Source: Macrostomum lignano
Taxonomy: Eukaryota
NCBI GenBank assembly: GCA_002269645.1
Contig: NIVC01000255.1
Span: forward strand, 186,001-250,000
DNA: 64,000 bases
Direction of reading: 5' to 3'
The position numbers and the translations under genes were made by a program. Each line of letters begins with the position of its first letter. Position 1 is the first letter of the stretch. Positions 27,051 to 38,368 of this stretch are shown in pieces. A model generated the notes under the pieces. It was not told the origin of the DNA, did no database searches, and saw only the letters and a program-made list of their open reading frames with translations.

Positions 27051-28523
27051 ATGGCCGAAACAAAAACCATTTGGAGTGATAAATTTCATTTCAAAAAGTA
27101 TCGTCAGTATATTAATGAGGTCAGGGCAAGAGATTTAAATTTTACTCTACCAACAAGTGATAATTCAAATAACTTTACTACGGGAACAGTAACGTTTGAC
27201 ATTGCCGCAACAACCAGCATATTGGATATGAAAAATGCATTTTTCCACGTTAGATGGTTGTATACCAGAAACGATGGAACTGCTCTTGCAGCCGGTGATA
27301 TCGCCGATAGGTCTGGTATTATTATAGAAAATGATTGGTTTTATAAATGTTTTTCACAAGCCCAACTAACTGTTAATGGAGCCGAGGTTGAGACAGCATC
27401 AAACCCAGCAGAGATTAATGGAGTTTTGAAACATTTAAATTATACACATTTATCAAAACAGGTTGGTGATAGTGTTGGATGGATGCCGGATAAGGGTAAT
27501 GGTCAAGCAGTAGTTTTCCCCAACGTGCAAAACGCAGCTGGCGCAGATACCGCAGCTCTTTTTGCTTATCTTAATACCAATATAGTTCCAGTTGTAACTA
27601 CCATGACCAACAAAAAAGATATGAACACCGGCTTCATAGATCGCCAGAATAAATTCCCAGTCGCGGTTTTAACCACAGCAACCGCATATGAGCAGGACTT
27701 TTCAATCTTCCCACTATTTGGGTTCTTCTCACCAAATCGGGTATGGAAAGGATTAAAATTTGGGATACAGTTGCAAATATCTGGTGGATATCAGCCTAGG
27801 ATACTTTATGGAAATTCGATTTCAACCGATATAGCAGTTCGCATAGCTTCAATTCAATTAGTCGTACCAACTATTGAGGTAACGGCTCCGCTTTTAAAAC
27901 ACATCGATGATCAGTTATTGGTTGATCAAGAAATATTTTATTTGAATCGTCGGCACTTTATGCGAACCATTAATAACAATCAGGATTCATTCCAGTGGCA
28001 GATAATGCCATCAAAACGTCGGGTGAGATATATTTTTGTTTGGTTTAAGATAACAAACAGAAGGAGTAAAAGAGCAAATGGAGACTTATATTGGCTTCAA
28101 TCGGGTGACGTAGCAGCACAAGCAGCCACCGCAACTGACAACGCGGTTTCGGCGATTAACGAGTTTAATGTCCAGAATATCCGCCTGCAGGTTGATGATC
28201 AATATTATCCAGTTAAAGATCCCCTTAATCTAAACACAGCAAATAATAATGTTAATGATTTTATAAAATATTATCAGGATTATGTCAAAAATGAAGCGTA
28301 TGCTGTTCCTCAATATACTCCTACAGAGTTTCTAAACATTCACCTAGTGGTTGTTTTTGATCTAACCGCACAGAAAGAAAACGTAGCCAATGTTGGTTTG
28401 AATTATATTTTGGAGATTAATAAAACCGGTAATCAGGCACTAGACGCCCACGTATTGTTTCTAGAGGAGTTTATGTCAATTGCTAAAGCCGACGGCACCA
28501 TCGTTCGGGACGCGCAAATTTAA
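27051..28523 (+). CDS. Double jelly-roll major capsid protein (Polinton/adintovirus hexon-like), intact 490 aa
   Basis: TFDI..T.S.LD..NAF, F.QA.LTVNG.EVE, GW, PLFGFF, I.LVVP.I, RYIFVWF, IRLQVD..YYP...LN, VFDLT.Q motifs. Sits directly upstream of the ATPase and penton. Confidence 0.8.
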   Translation: MAETKTIWSDKFHFKKYRQYINEVRARDLNFTLPTSDNSNNFTTGTVTFDIAATTSILDMKNAFFHVRWLYTRNDGTALAAGDIADRSGIIIENDWFYKCFSQAQLTVNGAEVETASNPAEINGVLKHLNYTHLSKQVGDSVGWMPDKGNGQAVVFPNVQNAAGADTAALFAYLNTNIVPVVTTMTNKKDMNTGFIDRQNKFPVAVLTTATAYEQDFSIFPLFGFFSPNRVWKGLKFGIQLQISGGYQPRILYGNSISTDIAVRIASIQLVVPTIEVTAPLLKHIDDQLLVDQEIFYLNRRHFMRTINNNQDSFQWQIMPSKRRVRYIFVWFKITNRRSKRANGDLYWLQSGDVAAQAATATDNAVSAINEFNVQNIRLQVDDQYYPVKDPLNLNTANNNVNDFIKYYQDYVKNEAYAVPQYTPTEFLNIHLVVVFDLTAQKENVANVGLNYILEINKTGNQALDAHVLFLEEFMSIAKADGTIVRDAQI

Positions 28524-28572
28524 GCGGTGCAGGTCTCCGACCGTCGCGCCAATTTAAATTATATCCTTAAAA

Positions 28573-29303
28573 ATGGTAAAAGCAAAACATAATAAGATAT
28601 TTCCAAATGATCCTTTCCTTTGTTTAGTAATTGGTGGGTCGGGTAAAGGAAAAACACACTTTGTTTATGACCTTTTAACAACCGATGGAATGTTAGACTA
28701 TAATAATTTATTAATATATACTAACAAACCTAGAACAAAATATTATGAATTTCTTAAACACGGATTAAAAAACAAATTAAAAAAGATGTCTTGTTTGGAA
28801 TGTTAAGAGCATATGAGCAATATGAGGATGACGACGAACCAAAATTTACACTCGATGACATTGAGTATTTATGTAAAACAACGGCACAATCGGACAAAAA
28901 CATTATCATCAACAACCGAGCCCCAACAGTTAGAGTATCAACCCGATTATCCTATGATCAAATTCCAAAACATGATAAAACACTAATTATTTTTTATGAT
29001 TGTATTAACGATGGCGATCAAGAATTGCAAAAAGAAATTTTTGTTAGTGGTAGAGAAGATGGAATTGGGGCTTTTTATCTAACACAATCCTTTAGAGAAT
29101 TAGAGACGATTATAAAAAAGAATGCTAGCTGTTGTGTAATGTTTGATTTAGATAACTATGATCTACAAAATATACACGCCAGATTTAATCCTGGGTTGGA
29201 TACAAAACCATTTAAAAGCATGTGTAAAAATTTTTGGGATGACAGCCAATACAAACATATATATATATCAACCCCGGGTAAGAAAGAAAACATCGGATCT
29301 TAA
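28573..29303 (+). pseudogene. A32/FtsK-HerA-family genome packaging ATPase, one frameshift at about 28790
   Basis: Walker A GGSGKGKT, degenerate Walker B LIIFYD, F..GR...YLTQS..., NA..., F. Confidence 0.88.
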
Positions 29304-29959
29304 CAAATCTGATAAAAGAAGATAATGACGATGAGGACGAGGATTAAAGCTTTCCCACTATAAAAATGGCTACAAATTTGGATACTATAAAACAATTGGT
29401 CGATCGAACGAGTTCAAAATTTAGTACAACCTTAGAGTTTATAATGACAAGCAGCGAACAACGGATTCAATTGCGCGATCCGTTACAACTCGATCAAAGC
29501 CTAAGTTATCAAATTGGATTGATACTATTTTCGGTTTTTAACATGCCCCAATTAATTAATGCAACAAATAATCAATTTAGATATTCTAAAGATTCTGGAG
29601 CAAATTGGACAAAATTTAGTGTTAATCCAGGAGCTTATAGCTATACCGATTTGAATGCTTATATAGAAGGAGAATTAACAGCTAATGGTGATTGGGTAGC
29701 AGGCGCGATTGTTATAGGGGTTGATTTACCATCTGGCAGATTCACCCTATCACTAGGATCTGGATATCAGGTTGATTTTACAATTGCAAATTCACTCAGA
29801 ACCATACTAGGATTTAATTCCCGAATAGTTACCACATCAAGCACCGGCGATACGGTGGGAAACATTGAGGGTGGTGTCAATACAATTAAAATAACAACTG
29901 ACATATTAAACGGTGGTTATATAACTGATGATAACGGAGTTTTGGTTCAACGAGGAATC

Positions 29960-30181
29960 TGTTGTAAAAATAACAAATAAGAAAGAGCAAGGTGCTCGGG
30001 CCAGTGGCCTCCTGACTGATATATATTTGCTGTCTAGCTGGGCAGTCTACAAGTACGTAGCCGCCCTCACAAGTGCGTACATAGGAAAAGACTGACGGAG
30101 AGGGGTGGTTATAGGCTAATAATAAAAATCGATAATAGAGTTAACCACTCCATTAGCATGCATGCACCAAAGAACGCGACA
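29960..30181 (-). repeat. BEL/Pao 3' LTR
   Basis: TG...CA, direct repeat of 36574-36795. Confidence 0.95.
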
Positions 30182-30610
30182 CTCCCCCAAAAATGGGAAG
30201 CATTTTTCTCAGAAATTAATCTTCGAATATTAACACCAATTTTGAAAATACTCGTATATTTGGTGTAACTATGGTGAAATCAATTGAAATGAGATATTTG
30301 AGTGAATTAATTAAATTTAACAATAACCGAAACGAACGATTCTCAAGGAAAAAGCGGATAAACTAATTTGGACTTTACTATAATATGTCAATTCGAAACG
30401 GGATGGAAAATGAAACCCAATTACCGGAAAAAATGATGAGAATTGCAAAAACTCAAAAAACGCCGAACGCAAACGCAGAAAAAAAACAACGCAATTTAAC
30501 ATAATCAACCAAATCAACCAAACAGACTATCGATATAACGACGAAAGTTGAAAATTCAGTAGCGAAGCCAAACGCAAAAAAACGAGCTGAACAGCGAACA
30601 AAAAAATGAC

Positions 30611-33600
30611 TTAAGACTGAATCTCTAGCGGCACCAAAGCTTGAAATGGTCTCCTCACCCGCTCCCAGCGCCGGGAATTCCCAGCACCGGACACTCGGAC
30701 GACCGCCGAACGGACTGCACCGTCACGGCCAACGCGAATCTCTTCAACCAAACCAAGCCTCCACCTCAGCCTCGGCTGGTGGACTTCTCCAACGAGCAGA
30801 ACCATTTCACCGACACGTGGCACACGACCTTCAGGATGGTCCTTCAAAGCTTTTTCACGAAGCGCCTGAAGATAGGCTGTTTTCCACTGGTGCCAAAACC
30901 AATCTAGTGCAGCTCTGAGCATCTTTAATCTTCTTGGAAGTGGCAGCAACGACTCACCATCATTCTCAACCCCGCCAGATTCTTGAGTGAGTCGTCCGGC
31001 TGCAATAAAGTGCGACGGTGTGATAACCTCGGTGCTGTCATCAGATGACACATACAGCAGCGGCCGACAGTTCACCACTGCTTCGGTCTCAAGCACCAGA
31101 GTCACTAACTGATCAAAGTCTAGGAGTTGACGTTTTGCTGCTTTCTTAAGTGACATCTTCACTAATCCAATGAGCCTCTCCCAGAAACCTCCCCACCACG
31201 GGGCTCGCTCAGGAATGAAATGCCAGCTGATCTTCCTGGATGAACAAAACGCCTGCAAGTCTTCGGAAATTTGCGCACCAATTAATTTAGCTCCGGCTCG
31301 AAAGGTGCGTGCGTTGTCACTGACTACAGATGGTATCCCTCTTCGAGCAACAAAACGCCTAAGGGCGTGTAGCATTTGATCACAATCCATGCTTCTCACG
31401 ACCTCTAAATGAACTGCCCTAGTTGCAGAGCATGTGAAAAGAAGAACATAGGACTTCTTGTTCTCTCCCGCACCCTCCCCCGTCCGATATATGATCGGAC
31501 CAGCATAATCAAGGCCAACTGTCTGAAACGCCCGAATGCTGGACAACCGAAACCGGGGAAGTTGCGGAACTGACCGCACCGAAAATGGACATCCTTGAAG
31601 CATCTTACATGTCACACAACCTGCTAAAACCTGCCTGACGCGCTGTCTGGCCTTTAAAATCCAGAACCGCTCTCTGATTTTGCACAACGTCGCAGGAACA
31701 CCACCATGGAAAACTGCGCTGTGGCAGTGGCGGATAAGCAGCTGCTCAATCGGATGTTTCGGTGGGATTAAGACTGGGTTGTTCGTTTCGAATGGCACCG
31801 CATCCTGAAGATGACCACCCGATCGAACAAGACCGTCCTCACCGAGAACCAAGTTCAAGTCACGGATCAAGGCCGTGCGATGCCCAGCACCCTGAAGATG
31901 CTGAATTTCAGGATCTAACGCGGAAGCTTGCACTGCTCGCAACAAGGAATTCTCCGCTTCCTGAACTTCGATGGCTGACAAATCAGACGGATCATCTAAC
32001 CTTCGTTCCGCCGCAGATCTGCGCGCATTGCGAACAAAGCGATGAACCCAACCGAGCACGCGCGTCATCCTGATCCACGAAGAGAAACGCTGGATATCAA
32101 AAACCTTGAGCAGCGTGCCTGCTCTTGCGCGCTCGCGCACCTGTGAGCCAACTGAGGGCATAGCTAGAGCCTCCCCACGTGACTTCTGAGTCTCCACCCG
32201 AGATTCATAATCGGCTTGCAGCATTTCACAGTCGTCTTGTGACTCTGCCGTGGACGATGGCTTGCCTGGAATATCGAAGGTGTCACTGAAACTGCTTCCC
32301 ACTTGACGAAGAAACTCTGGCCCGTTCAGCCACAACGCGTTCTCCATCAGCCTGTTCGGCAAGCACCCCCGCGATGGAAGATCCGCGGGATTGACAGCTC
32401 CGGGAATGTGCCGCCACTCGCTGACGTCGGTTAATCGCCGTATTTCTGTAACCCGGTTCTGAACGAATACTTGGCGCAGCTTTGACTCGCACTTTATCCA
32501 CTGCAAAGTATTCGAACTGTCGGTCCACAGGAACCGCTGAATCCCGGGAAGCTGTATAGATACGAAGCTTATCAACCGAGATAATATCAAGGCTCCAAGA
32601 AGTTCGAGTCTGGAGATACTAACGGGTACCAGCGGAGCTACCCTAGATTTTGCGATCAGCAGGTGAGTTGAAACACTGTGGTGCTTTGTATCCACAACCC
32701 GCAGATACACAACCGCTGCATATGCCCGTTCACTGGCATCGGAAAACCCGTGAAGCTGCAGTTTACAAAGGTGCGTGTCCGCTTCCCGAGGAATGACACA
32801 CCGTGGAATTTCCAGACAAGTGACTCTCAGCGAGCTCAGCCACCCCACCCACTGTGTAGCGATACCCAGGGGAAGGCGGTCGTCCCACTGAACTTTCTCC
32901 TTGCAGAGCTGCTGAAACCAAGCCTTAACCATTACAATGGCGGGAGTCATGAACCCAAGGGGATCAAAAACCCTGGCTAAAACCGCAAGCATGAGTCTCT
33001 TCGACGGAATTTCGTCGCCGACGGAGTTTAGCATTTTCGAAAATTCTAGGCGAAAAATGTCCCCTCCAGCCTCCCATGGAATGCCAAGAACCTTCTGGGC
33101 GCTCCCTACGTCCGCAGCAGGTAGAACCTCCATAAACTCTTTCGAGTTGGACTGCCACTGCCGCATGTTCATGCCAGCCATGGCGAAAATCTGTTTCGTC
33201 TGAGTGTAAAACTCTACCGCCTCACTAGGCGAGTCGCAGCAAGTGACTAAATTGTCAACGTACAAGCTGTGCTTGAGAGTTCCCACAACTTCCGGAAAAC
33301 GTTTTTGAAGCAGCTCAAGATGCTGCGAAATCGTGGCCTGCAGAATGCCAGGCGAGCATGAAAGACCGAACGGAACTCTACAGAATCTGTATTGCACGAC
33401 TTGCCGCGGTTCCCCAATGCGACCTTGAGTCCAAAGAAATCGAAGTGCGTCGCGGTCGATTGGATCGATGCCGATTTGCAGAAATGCCTTCTCAATGTCC
33501 GCCAGCACAGCAATTGGCTTGAGGCGGAACCGGACAAGCAGCTGGGGAATCAGCGGAAATTTTGCTGGTCCCGTCAGCAGAAAATCATTAATCGAGAAGT

Positions 33601-36127
33601 CGGTACTGTTTGCCTTTGCGGATCCATCGAAAACCATGCGAAGCTTTGTATGCTCGCTATCTGACTTTGAGACGCAACTGTGCGGTAGGTAATGAATGAT
33701 TGCAGCTGGCTGGGCGCTTTCAGTGGTTAGGACCTTCTCTATAATACCCAGATTTTCCTGCTCGGCGAGGATTCCATCACACTGAGCCAACTTAGCTGGA
33801 TTGCGCTCTAAGTGGCGCATACTCGACCTTAACCGATGTGCTGCCAGATCAAAGTGATCCCGTAATTCAATCGCCTCTTTGGCATAGGCCCACGGCAACT
33901 GCACCGAATAGCGACCCTCGAGAAGCTGTGCATTGCACGGAAAATCTTCCGCCGCAGCAGGTCGCGGATCGTCAAGAATTCCTATCGAATCCAGCCTCCA
34001 CAGTGCCGTGAAATCCTGGCTGTCAGCAACCACCAAATCCGAGCCGCCACTGGCAAAGCAGCACACCGCCGGCGTGCTGGTGCAGGCTCCTTCGCTGACC
34101 GACTGACCCTCATCCAAGCCATCGACGCGACTCCGAGTATTTACTGTCAGCGGCCCACACAGAAGATATCCTAGCTTCGAAGAGATGGCGACCGGGCCGT
34201 GAAGTCCACGAATAATCTCATCACCAACTATCTGATAGTAAAAGTCCGAGCCAATCAAGATTGAAATCGGAGTGCTCCCATCGCGCGGATCAAACGGATC
34301 TGCAAGATCAAGAGAGCGCAGGTGCTCAAACTCATTCATCATGACTGAACGCTGAGGTTGGCAAATGGTTTTCACCACATTGGCTTTCAGATCAATGACC
34401 TCAAATGAATCAACTTTCCGAATTGAGAACCCAACACTCCCAGACTGTATTGTTGTGTTCAATCCCGCGAAAGTGGACACGCATAACGTCTCTGTGGAAG
34501 CAGCTCCGAGACCCATAGCCTCACACACATCCTGCCGGATGTAGCTTCGGTTACTGGCAGTGTCGAGGAGAAGGCGCACCATCATTTCTTTGCGGCCATC
34601 TGAACTGATAAGGATAGCCTTGGCCACTGGCAGCGCCACTGATGGATTTCCCGATATAAACATGGACATGACAACCGAACCGTCACTGTCCATTCTGGCC
34701 AACTCTTGCGGTGAGTTTGCCTCCGCGATCCTCGATTCCGTGCCGTCCTGAAGCTGCGGAACATCAGGAGCCGCTGCGGTAAGACATTGATTGCGTGGAA
34801 TCGTGACTTGTTTCTGGCGTGGCTGTGTAGGCTCTGCCTTGGCCTTGTTAGCTTTGCCTGTTGGCTGGCTGTGCGAGTTACTCTGAAAGCAGAGACTGAC
34901 GTGATGCCTACCTGAGCAGATTTGGCACCTTATGGGATCGCGACACTTCGGGACCCTATGCCCTTGCCGCAAGCATCGAAAACAACGCTGCTCGCTGGCT
35001 AAGCATTCACGTCTTTCCTTGACTGTCGAAACCCGATTGCAGCTCTCTGGCGAGTGCGACTCTTTGCAATAGGGGCAAGAGTGTTTCGAATCGGACTCGG
35101 CAGCCTTCGGTGGCACCACCACCAAGGTGGATGCCATCGACATTGGAGTCTTTGGCGTCGACTTTGAGTCAGTGTTCGAACCGTGTTGAGAACTTGATTT
35201 TGCACCCCAATGATTTCCAGCACTCTCACGCACTTCTATTTCGCTTTTCAGCAGCTGCAAAAAACTACCGAGCGTGGAAATGCTTCCACCCTGAAGCTGA
35301 GCCGCTCGAAGCAGATCGAGGCGAAAACTCGCCGGGCATCTCCCCAGTAATGTTGGAACTAGAAGAGATTGATAGGAGCTAGCATAGACCCCCTGGGATT
35401 CTAGACTCCGCATGTTAGCCGAGATATCATCGTGAAACTGCTGCAGGCACCTCAATGAGGTGTCCTGCAAGCGCAGCTCAGAGATCCGGTGCATTAAATC
35501 TCTGACAATAACTTCAGACTTGCCATAACGCTCTGTTAGAATTTCAACAGCTATACCATAATTTAAAGACGTTACAGAAAGCCCCCTAATGCATGATTTG
35601 ACAGAGTCTGATAGAGCACTTAGGAGATAATTGAACTTGTCGATATCTGCAAGCGTGGAGCTCTTATGGACCGATGACTCAAACTGATCCCAGAAAGACT
35701 GCCACGTTGCAAACTCCCCCGTGAAAATCGGGAGCTGTCTCTTTGGAAGCTTTACCTGCGTAGAGACAAGGCCAGGTGTACCTGTAGCCGAATTCGCCGC
35801 AGCGGCAAAGTTTTCATGCCGTTGAACGGCTTCAGTCAACTTCTTGATGCAACTAATGCACCTTAATGAGTAAGCCTGATTCTCTTCCTGTTCCCTGTCC
35901 AGCTGGTCTTCCTCAACAGACTCCTCAATAGCCTCATCCAATTGATGCAAAGCTTCCAGCTTAGGACTAAGGATGTCGATGTACGTAGCAGCTTCTATCC
36001 GGTTGAACACTCTTCCTGGACCACCTAGCAGAGTTTCCTCAGCCTTAGCTATAGCTTTTGTAATCGCCGAACGGATTCCTGCCCGTTTCCGAACAGCTGC
36101 AGCCAGCTCATCTCCACTGAGAACCAT
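30611..36127 (-). CDS. BEL/Pao gag-protease-RT-RNase H-integrase polyprotein (likely start MVLSGDEL)
   Basis: KLPK..LP.F.G...W..FWDQF, three Cys-His knuckles, LLDTAS, ADIEKAFLQI, VPFGL, YVDN, HGFSDAS..AY, RLELL, NPAD..SRG, GLDYAGP, VSDNA, WGGFWERL. Confidence 0.95.
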   Translation of the reverse strand: MVLSGDELAAAVRKRAGIRSAITKAIAKAEETLLGGPGRVFNRIEAATYIDILSPKLEALHQLDEAIEESVEEDQLDREQEENQAYSLRCISCIKKLTEAVQRHENFAAAANSATGTPGLVSTQVKLPKRQLPIFTGEFATWQSFWDQFESSVHKSSTLADIDKFNYLLSALSDSVKSCIRGLSVTSLNYGIAVEILTERYGKSEVIVRDLMHRISELRLQDTSLRCLQQFHDDISANMRSLESQGVYASSYQSLLVPTLLGRCPASFRLDLLRAAQLQGGSISTLGSFLQLLKSEIEVRESAGNHWGAKSSSQHGSNTDSKSTPKTPMSMASTLVVVPPKAAESDSKHSCPYCKESHSPESCNRVSTVKERRECLASEQRCFRCLRQGHRVPKCRDPIRCQICSGRHHVSLCFQSNSHSQPTGKANKAKAEPTQPRQKQVTIPRNQCLTAAAPDVPQLQDGTESRIAEANSPQELARMDSDGSVVMSMFISGNPSVALPVAKAILISSDGRKEMMVRLLLDTASNRSYIRQDVCEAMGLGAASTETLCVSTFAGLNTTIQSGSVGFSIRKVDSFEVIDLKANVVKTICQPQRSVMMNEFEHLRSLDLADPFDPRDGSTPISILIGSDFYYQIVGDEIIRGLHGPVAISSKLGYLLCGPLTVNTRSRVDGLDEGQSVSEGACTSTPAVCCFASGGSDLVVADSQDFTALWRLDSIGILDDPRPAAAEDFPCNAQLLEGRYSVQLPWAYAKEAIELRDHFDLAAHRLRSSMRHLERNPAKLAQCDGILAEQENLGIIEKVLTTESAQPAAIIHYLPHSCVSKSDSEHTKLRMVFDGSAKANSTDFSINDFLLTGPAKFPLIPQLLVRFRLKPIAVLADIEKAFLQIGIDPIDRDALRFLWTQGRIGEPRQVVQYRFCRVPFGLSCSPGILQATISQHLELLQKRFPEVVGTLKHSLYVDNLVTCCDSPSEAVEFYTQTKQIFAMAGMNMRQWQSNSKEFMEVLPAADVGSAQKVLGIPWEAGGDIFRLEFSKMLNSVGDEIPSKRLMLAVLARVFDPLGFMTPAIVMVKAWFQQLCKEKVQWDDRLPLGIATQWVGWLSSLRVTCLEIPRCVIPREADTHLCKLQLHGFSDASERAYAAVVYLRVVDTKHHSVSTHLLIAKSRVAPLVPVSISRLELLGALILSRLISFVSIQLPGIQRFLWTDSSNTLQWIKCESKLRQVFVQNRVTEIRRLTDVSEWRHIPGAVNPADLPSRGCLPNRLMENALWLNGPEFLRQVGSSFSDTFDIPGKPSSTAESQDDCEMLQADYESRVETQKSRGEALAMPSVGSQVRERARAGTLLKVFDIQRFSSWIRMTRVLGWVHRFVRNARRSAAERRLDDPSDLSAIEVQEAENSLLRAVQASALDPEIQHLQGAGHRTALIRDLNLVLGEDGLVRSGGHLQDAVPFETNNPVLIPPKHPIEQLLIRHCHSAVFHGGVPATLCKIRERFWILKARQRVRQVLAGCVTCKMLQGCPFSVRSVPQLPRFRLSSIRAFQTVGLDYAGPIIYRTGEGAGENKKSYVLLFTCSATRAVHLEVVRSMDCDQMLHALRRFVARRGIPSVVSDNARTFRAGAKLIGAQISEDLQAFCSSRKISWHFIPERAPWWGGFWERLIGLVKMSLKKAAKRQLLDFDQLVTLVLETEAVVNCRPLLYVSSDDSTEVITPSHFIAAGRLTQESGGVENDGESLLPLPRRLKMLRAALDWFWHQWKTAYLQALREKALKDHPEGRVPRVGEMVLLVGEVHQPRLRWRLGLVEEIRVGRDGAVRSAVVRVSGAGNSRRWERVRRPFQALVPLEIQS

Positions 36128-36573
36128 GACGGACGACCGGAAGGAGCAAAGAATGCAAGAAAACCCCGGCGCCAATGAGCAGAGCGAGTCGACCAGCTCA
36201 AACCAGAAACAAAGAAGAAACACGAACTATTACAACTAATTAAAGGCAGGAAGCATGAAAAAACAGAGGCAATCAACACGGAATCAGAGAAACCGAAAAA
36301 ATAAGCAACCGTAATAACAGAACAAACAGAAATTAACTTTAATTGAACTTAGCGAAATTCTCAATAGTGAGTGAAGGAAGCACGCTGATCTAGTAATATC
36401 CAGCCGCGGCCGCTGCTCATCGTCAGGACAGGCAGACGCTACTGCTCCAGAATGCGAACCAGCCGTGGCTTGCAGCGTTAAAGTAAAGCGATTCTTGCAG
36501 TCGTAGCCTTAACTGAAGTCGCTTGTTAGAAAGCCGCTAAGGTAAAATAGAATATTTTTTCATTCGGGCGCCA

Positions 36574-36795
36574 TGTTGTAAAAATAACAATTAAGAAAGA
36601 GCAAGGTGCTCGGGCCAGTGGCCTCCTGACTGATATATATTTGCTGTCTAGCTGGGCAGTCTACAAGTACGTAGCCGCCCTCACAAGTGCGTACATAGGA
36701 AAAGACTGACGGAGAGGGGTGGTTATAGGCTAATAATAAAAATCGATAATAGAGTTAACCACTCCATTAGCATGCATGCACCAAAGAACGCGACA
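36574..36795 (-). repeat. BEL/Pao 5' LTR
   Basis: Direct repeat of 29960-30181, adjacent to the PBS. Confidence 0.95.
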
Positions 36796-37177
36796 GAATC
36801 ATTTATTCAATTCCCTTTCTTGCTGTTCCAACTGGAGAGAAAATGATTGTTGCACCCCAAACCCCAATATATTATCCTTTAAATCAATATAATGTTCAAT
36901 CAATTTATACTAGGATCGTAGATGAAAATGATAGGTTAATAATTTTTGGTGGACAATCAATAACAGTAATTTTACGTATAAAACAGGTTTAATTATATAG
37001 TAAAAATGGGTAACAATGCTTTAAAAAAACAAACGGATAAAGTTTAAAAGGCAAAGGATAATTATGATATCGAACTAACAAAATTGAAACAACTTCAAGC
37101 AGAAAAAATCAAAAAAGAGTTGTTAAAACCCGCGGATAAGAAACTGACCAAAACCAAGAGTTTTTCAGGAACATAAA

Positions 37178-38358
37178 ATGGCATTAACGTGGGACTCATT
37201 CAAACAAAGATATGGAACTGAAACAACAAGCAATATCGAATTAACAAACTGGGCGAGACAATTAAAGATAAAACCATTTAGATGTGTTATGCGGGATGAG
37301 ATCAAAGACTTACCAAGATATGGATCTTACATTGTCAATATTGAAACGACAAAAGAAAATGGTGTCCATTGATCAGCAGTTTATTCAAAACCCAAACTTG
37401 TTTATTTTTTTGATTCATATGCGCTTCCTCTAAATAAAATACAAATTTAATCATACTAAAAACCGATTATGTGGAGATTATCACGAACAATTTCAAACCT
37501 TTGACAAAAGTTATTGCGGACAGGCAGCTGTCACGATGTTGGCGTAGCGGCTAACTATGGCTATGACCCTTAAAAGGGCCGTTTTGACGAGAGTTGTAGT
37601 GAGTCGTAGTCCCAAAATAAGTTGAAGTCAACTCTTGTAAAGCGGATTTTGTAGCGGAGCACTTGGCGATAAAGGCAGGAACTGCCGTAGTTGGTTTTAT
37701 TGGTAGTATCAATATTAGGCTTGGTTATTACTGTCAATACACAAACTATAGCTTTCTGGGCACTGGCGGTTGCAACAATGGTTTTTTTGAAGATAAATTG
37801 GATATGAAGTCAAGTGACAGACGAATGATGCAATGGCGACGTAACGTGATGAGCAATGGCAATGAGTACAGTGGAGGCGGTGAGTAGCAGTGGCGAGGTT
37901 GGCGTCAGCCGTGGCGTGAGATAAGGAGGCTCGAGGCAGCCAGACAGAGAGAAGGAAAACAAGAGCCGCGAAGTGAGGAGGCCCCCAGCCCGCCGCCAGG
38001 CGGGGGCTAATAAAGAGCGCAAAAGGGGGTAGCGTAAAACACTGAGAGTTTTCATTGGCTGGCGAGAGAATTTGAAATTATCGATCGTGCCAAAATTCAC
38101 AGACGAGCGCAAGGCCTACCAAATACACAGTGAATTAGCAATTGATACAAATTATTTGCACGCTACTATAAGTAAACGTTAAAATAAACTATTGGAGAAA
38201 TTAATATGAGAAATTGCGAGGGGAACTATAGTCCAACGGCCCTTTTGCGGGACCACTTAAACTAGCAACGTCACACAGCGTTATATTTTTTATATAAAAT
38301 TAACAACTTGAAGGAAATACCCGATGACTTTAAGATGGTTTTAGACTCTATAAAATAG
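37178..38358 (+). pseudogene. Adenain-like cysteine (maturation) protease, with stops, split by a solo LTR
   Basis: GVH(W>*), YFFDSY, Q.....SYCG. Re-joined across the CAGC TSD it reads CGQAALYFLYKIN...DSIK*. Confidence 0.85.
37529..38275. mobile_element. Solo LTR (747 bp, TGTCAC...GTCACA) with 4-bp TSD CAGC
   Basis: TSD at 37525-37528 and 38276-38279. Subterminal 12-bp inverted repeat aaaagggccgtt. Removal restores the protease frame. Confidence 0.8.
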
Positions 38359-38368
38359 ACAGTAAAAA

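Larger units (their letters stand above)
29960..36795 (-). mobile_element. Full-length BEL/Pao LTR retrotransposon (6836 bp)
   Basis: 222-bp LTRs (29960-30181, 36574-36795; 1 mismatch seen). 5-bp TSD GAATC. PBS TGGCGCCCGAA (tRNA-Lys-like) at 36563-36573. Single intact polyprotein ORF. Confidence 0.97.
29366..36992 (+). pseudogene. Minor capsid (penton) gene split by BEL/Pao: 29366-29959 joined to 36801-36992
   Basis: Removing the insertion and one GAATC gives VQRGIIYSIPFLAVPTGEKMIVAPQTPIYYPL...RIVDENDRLIIFGGQSITVILRIKQV*, a typical penton C-terminus. The N-part has NNQFRY, PGAYS..DLN, LGF. Confidence 0.85.

Noticed and set aside
30641-35382. Numerous 60-130 aa ORFs antisense to or overlapping the retroelement and lectin CDSs
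   Set aside because: Shadow ORFs of GC-rich coding sequence, with no recognisable motifs.
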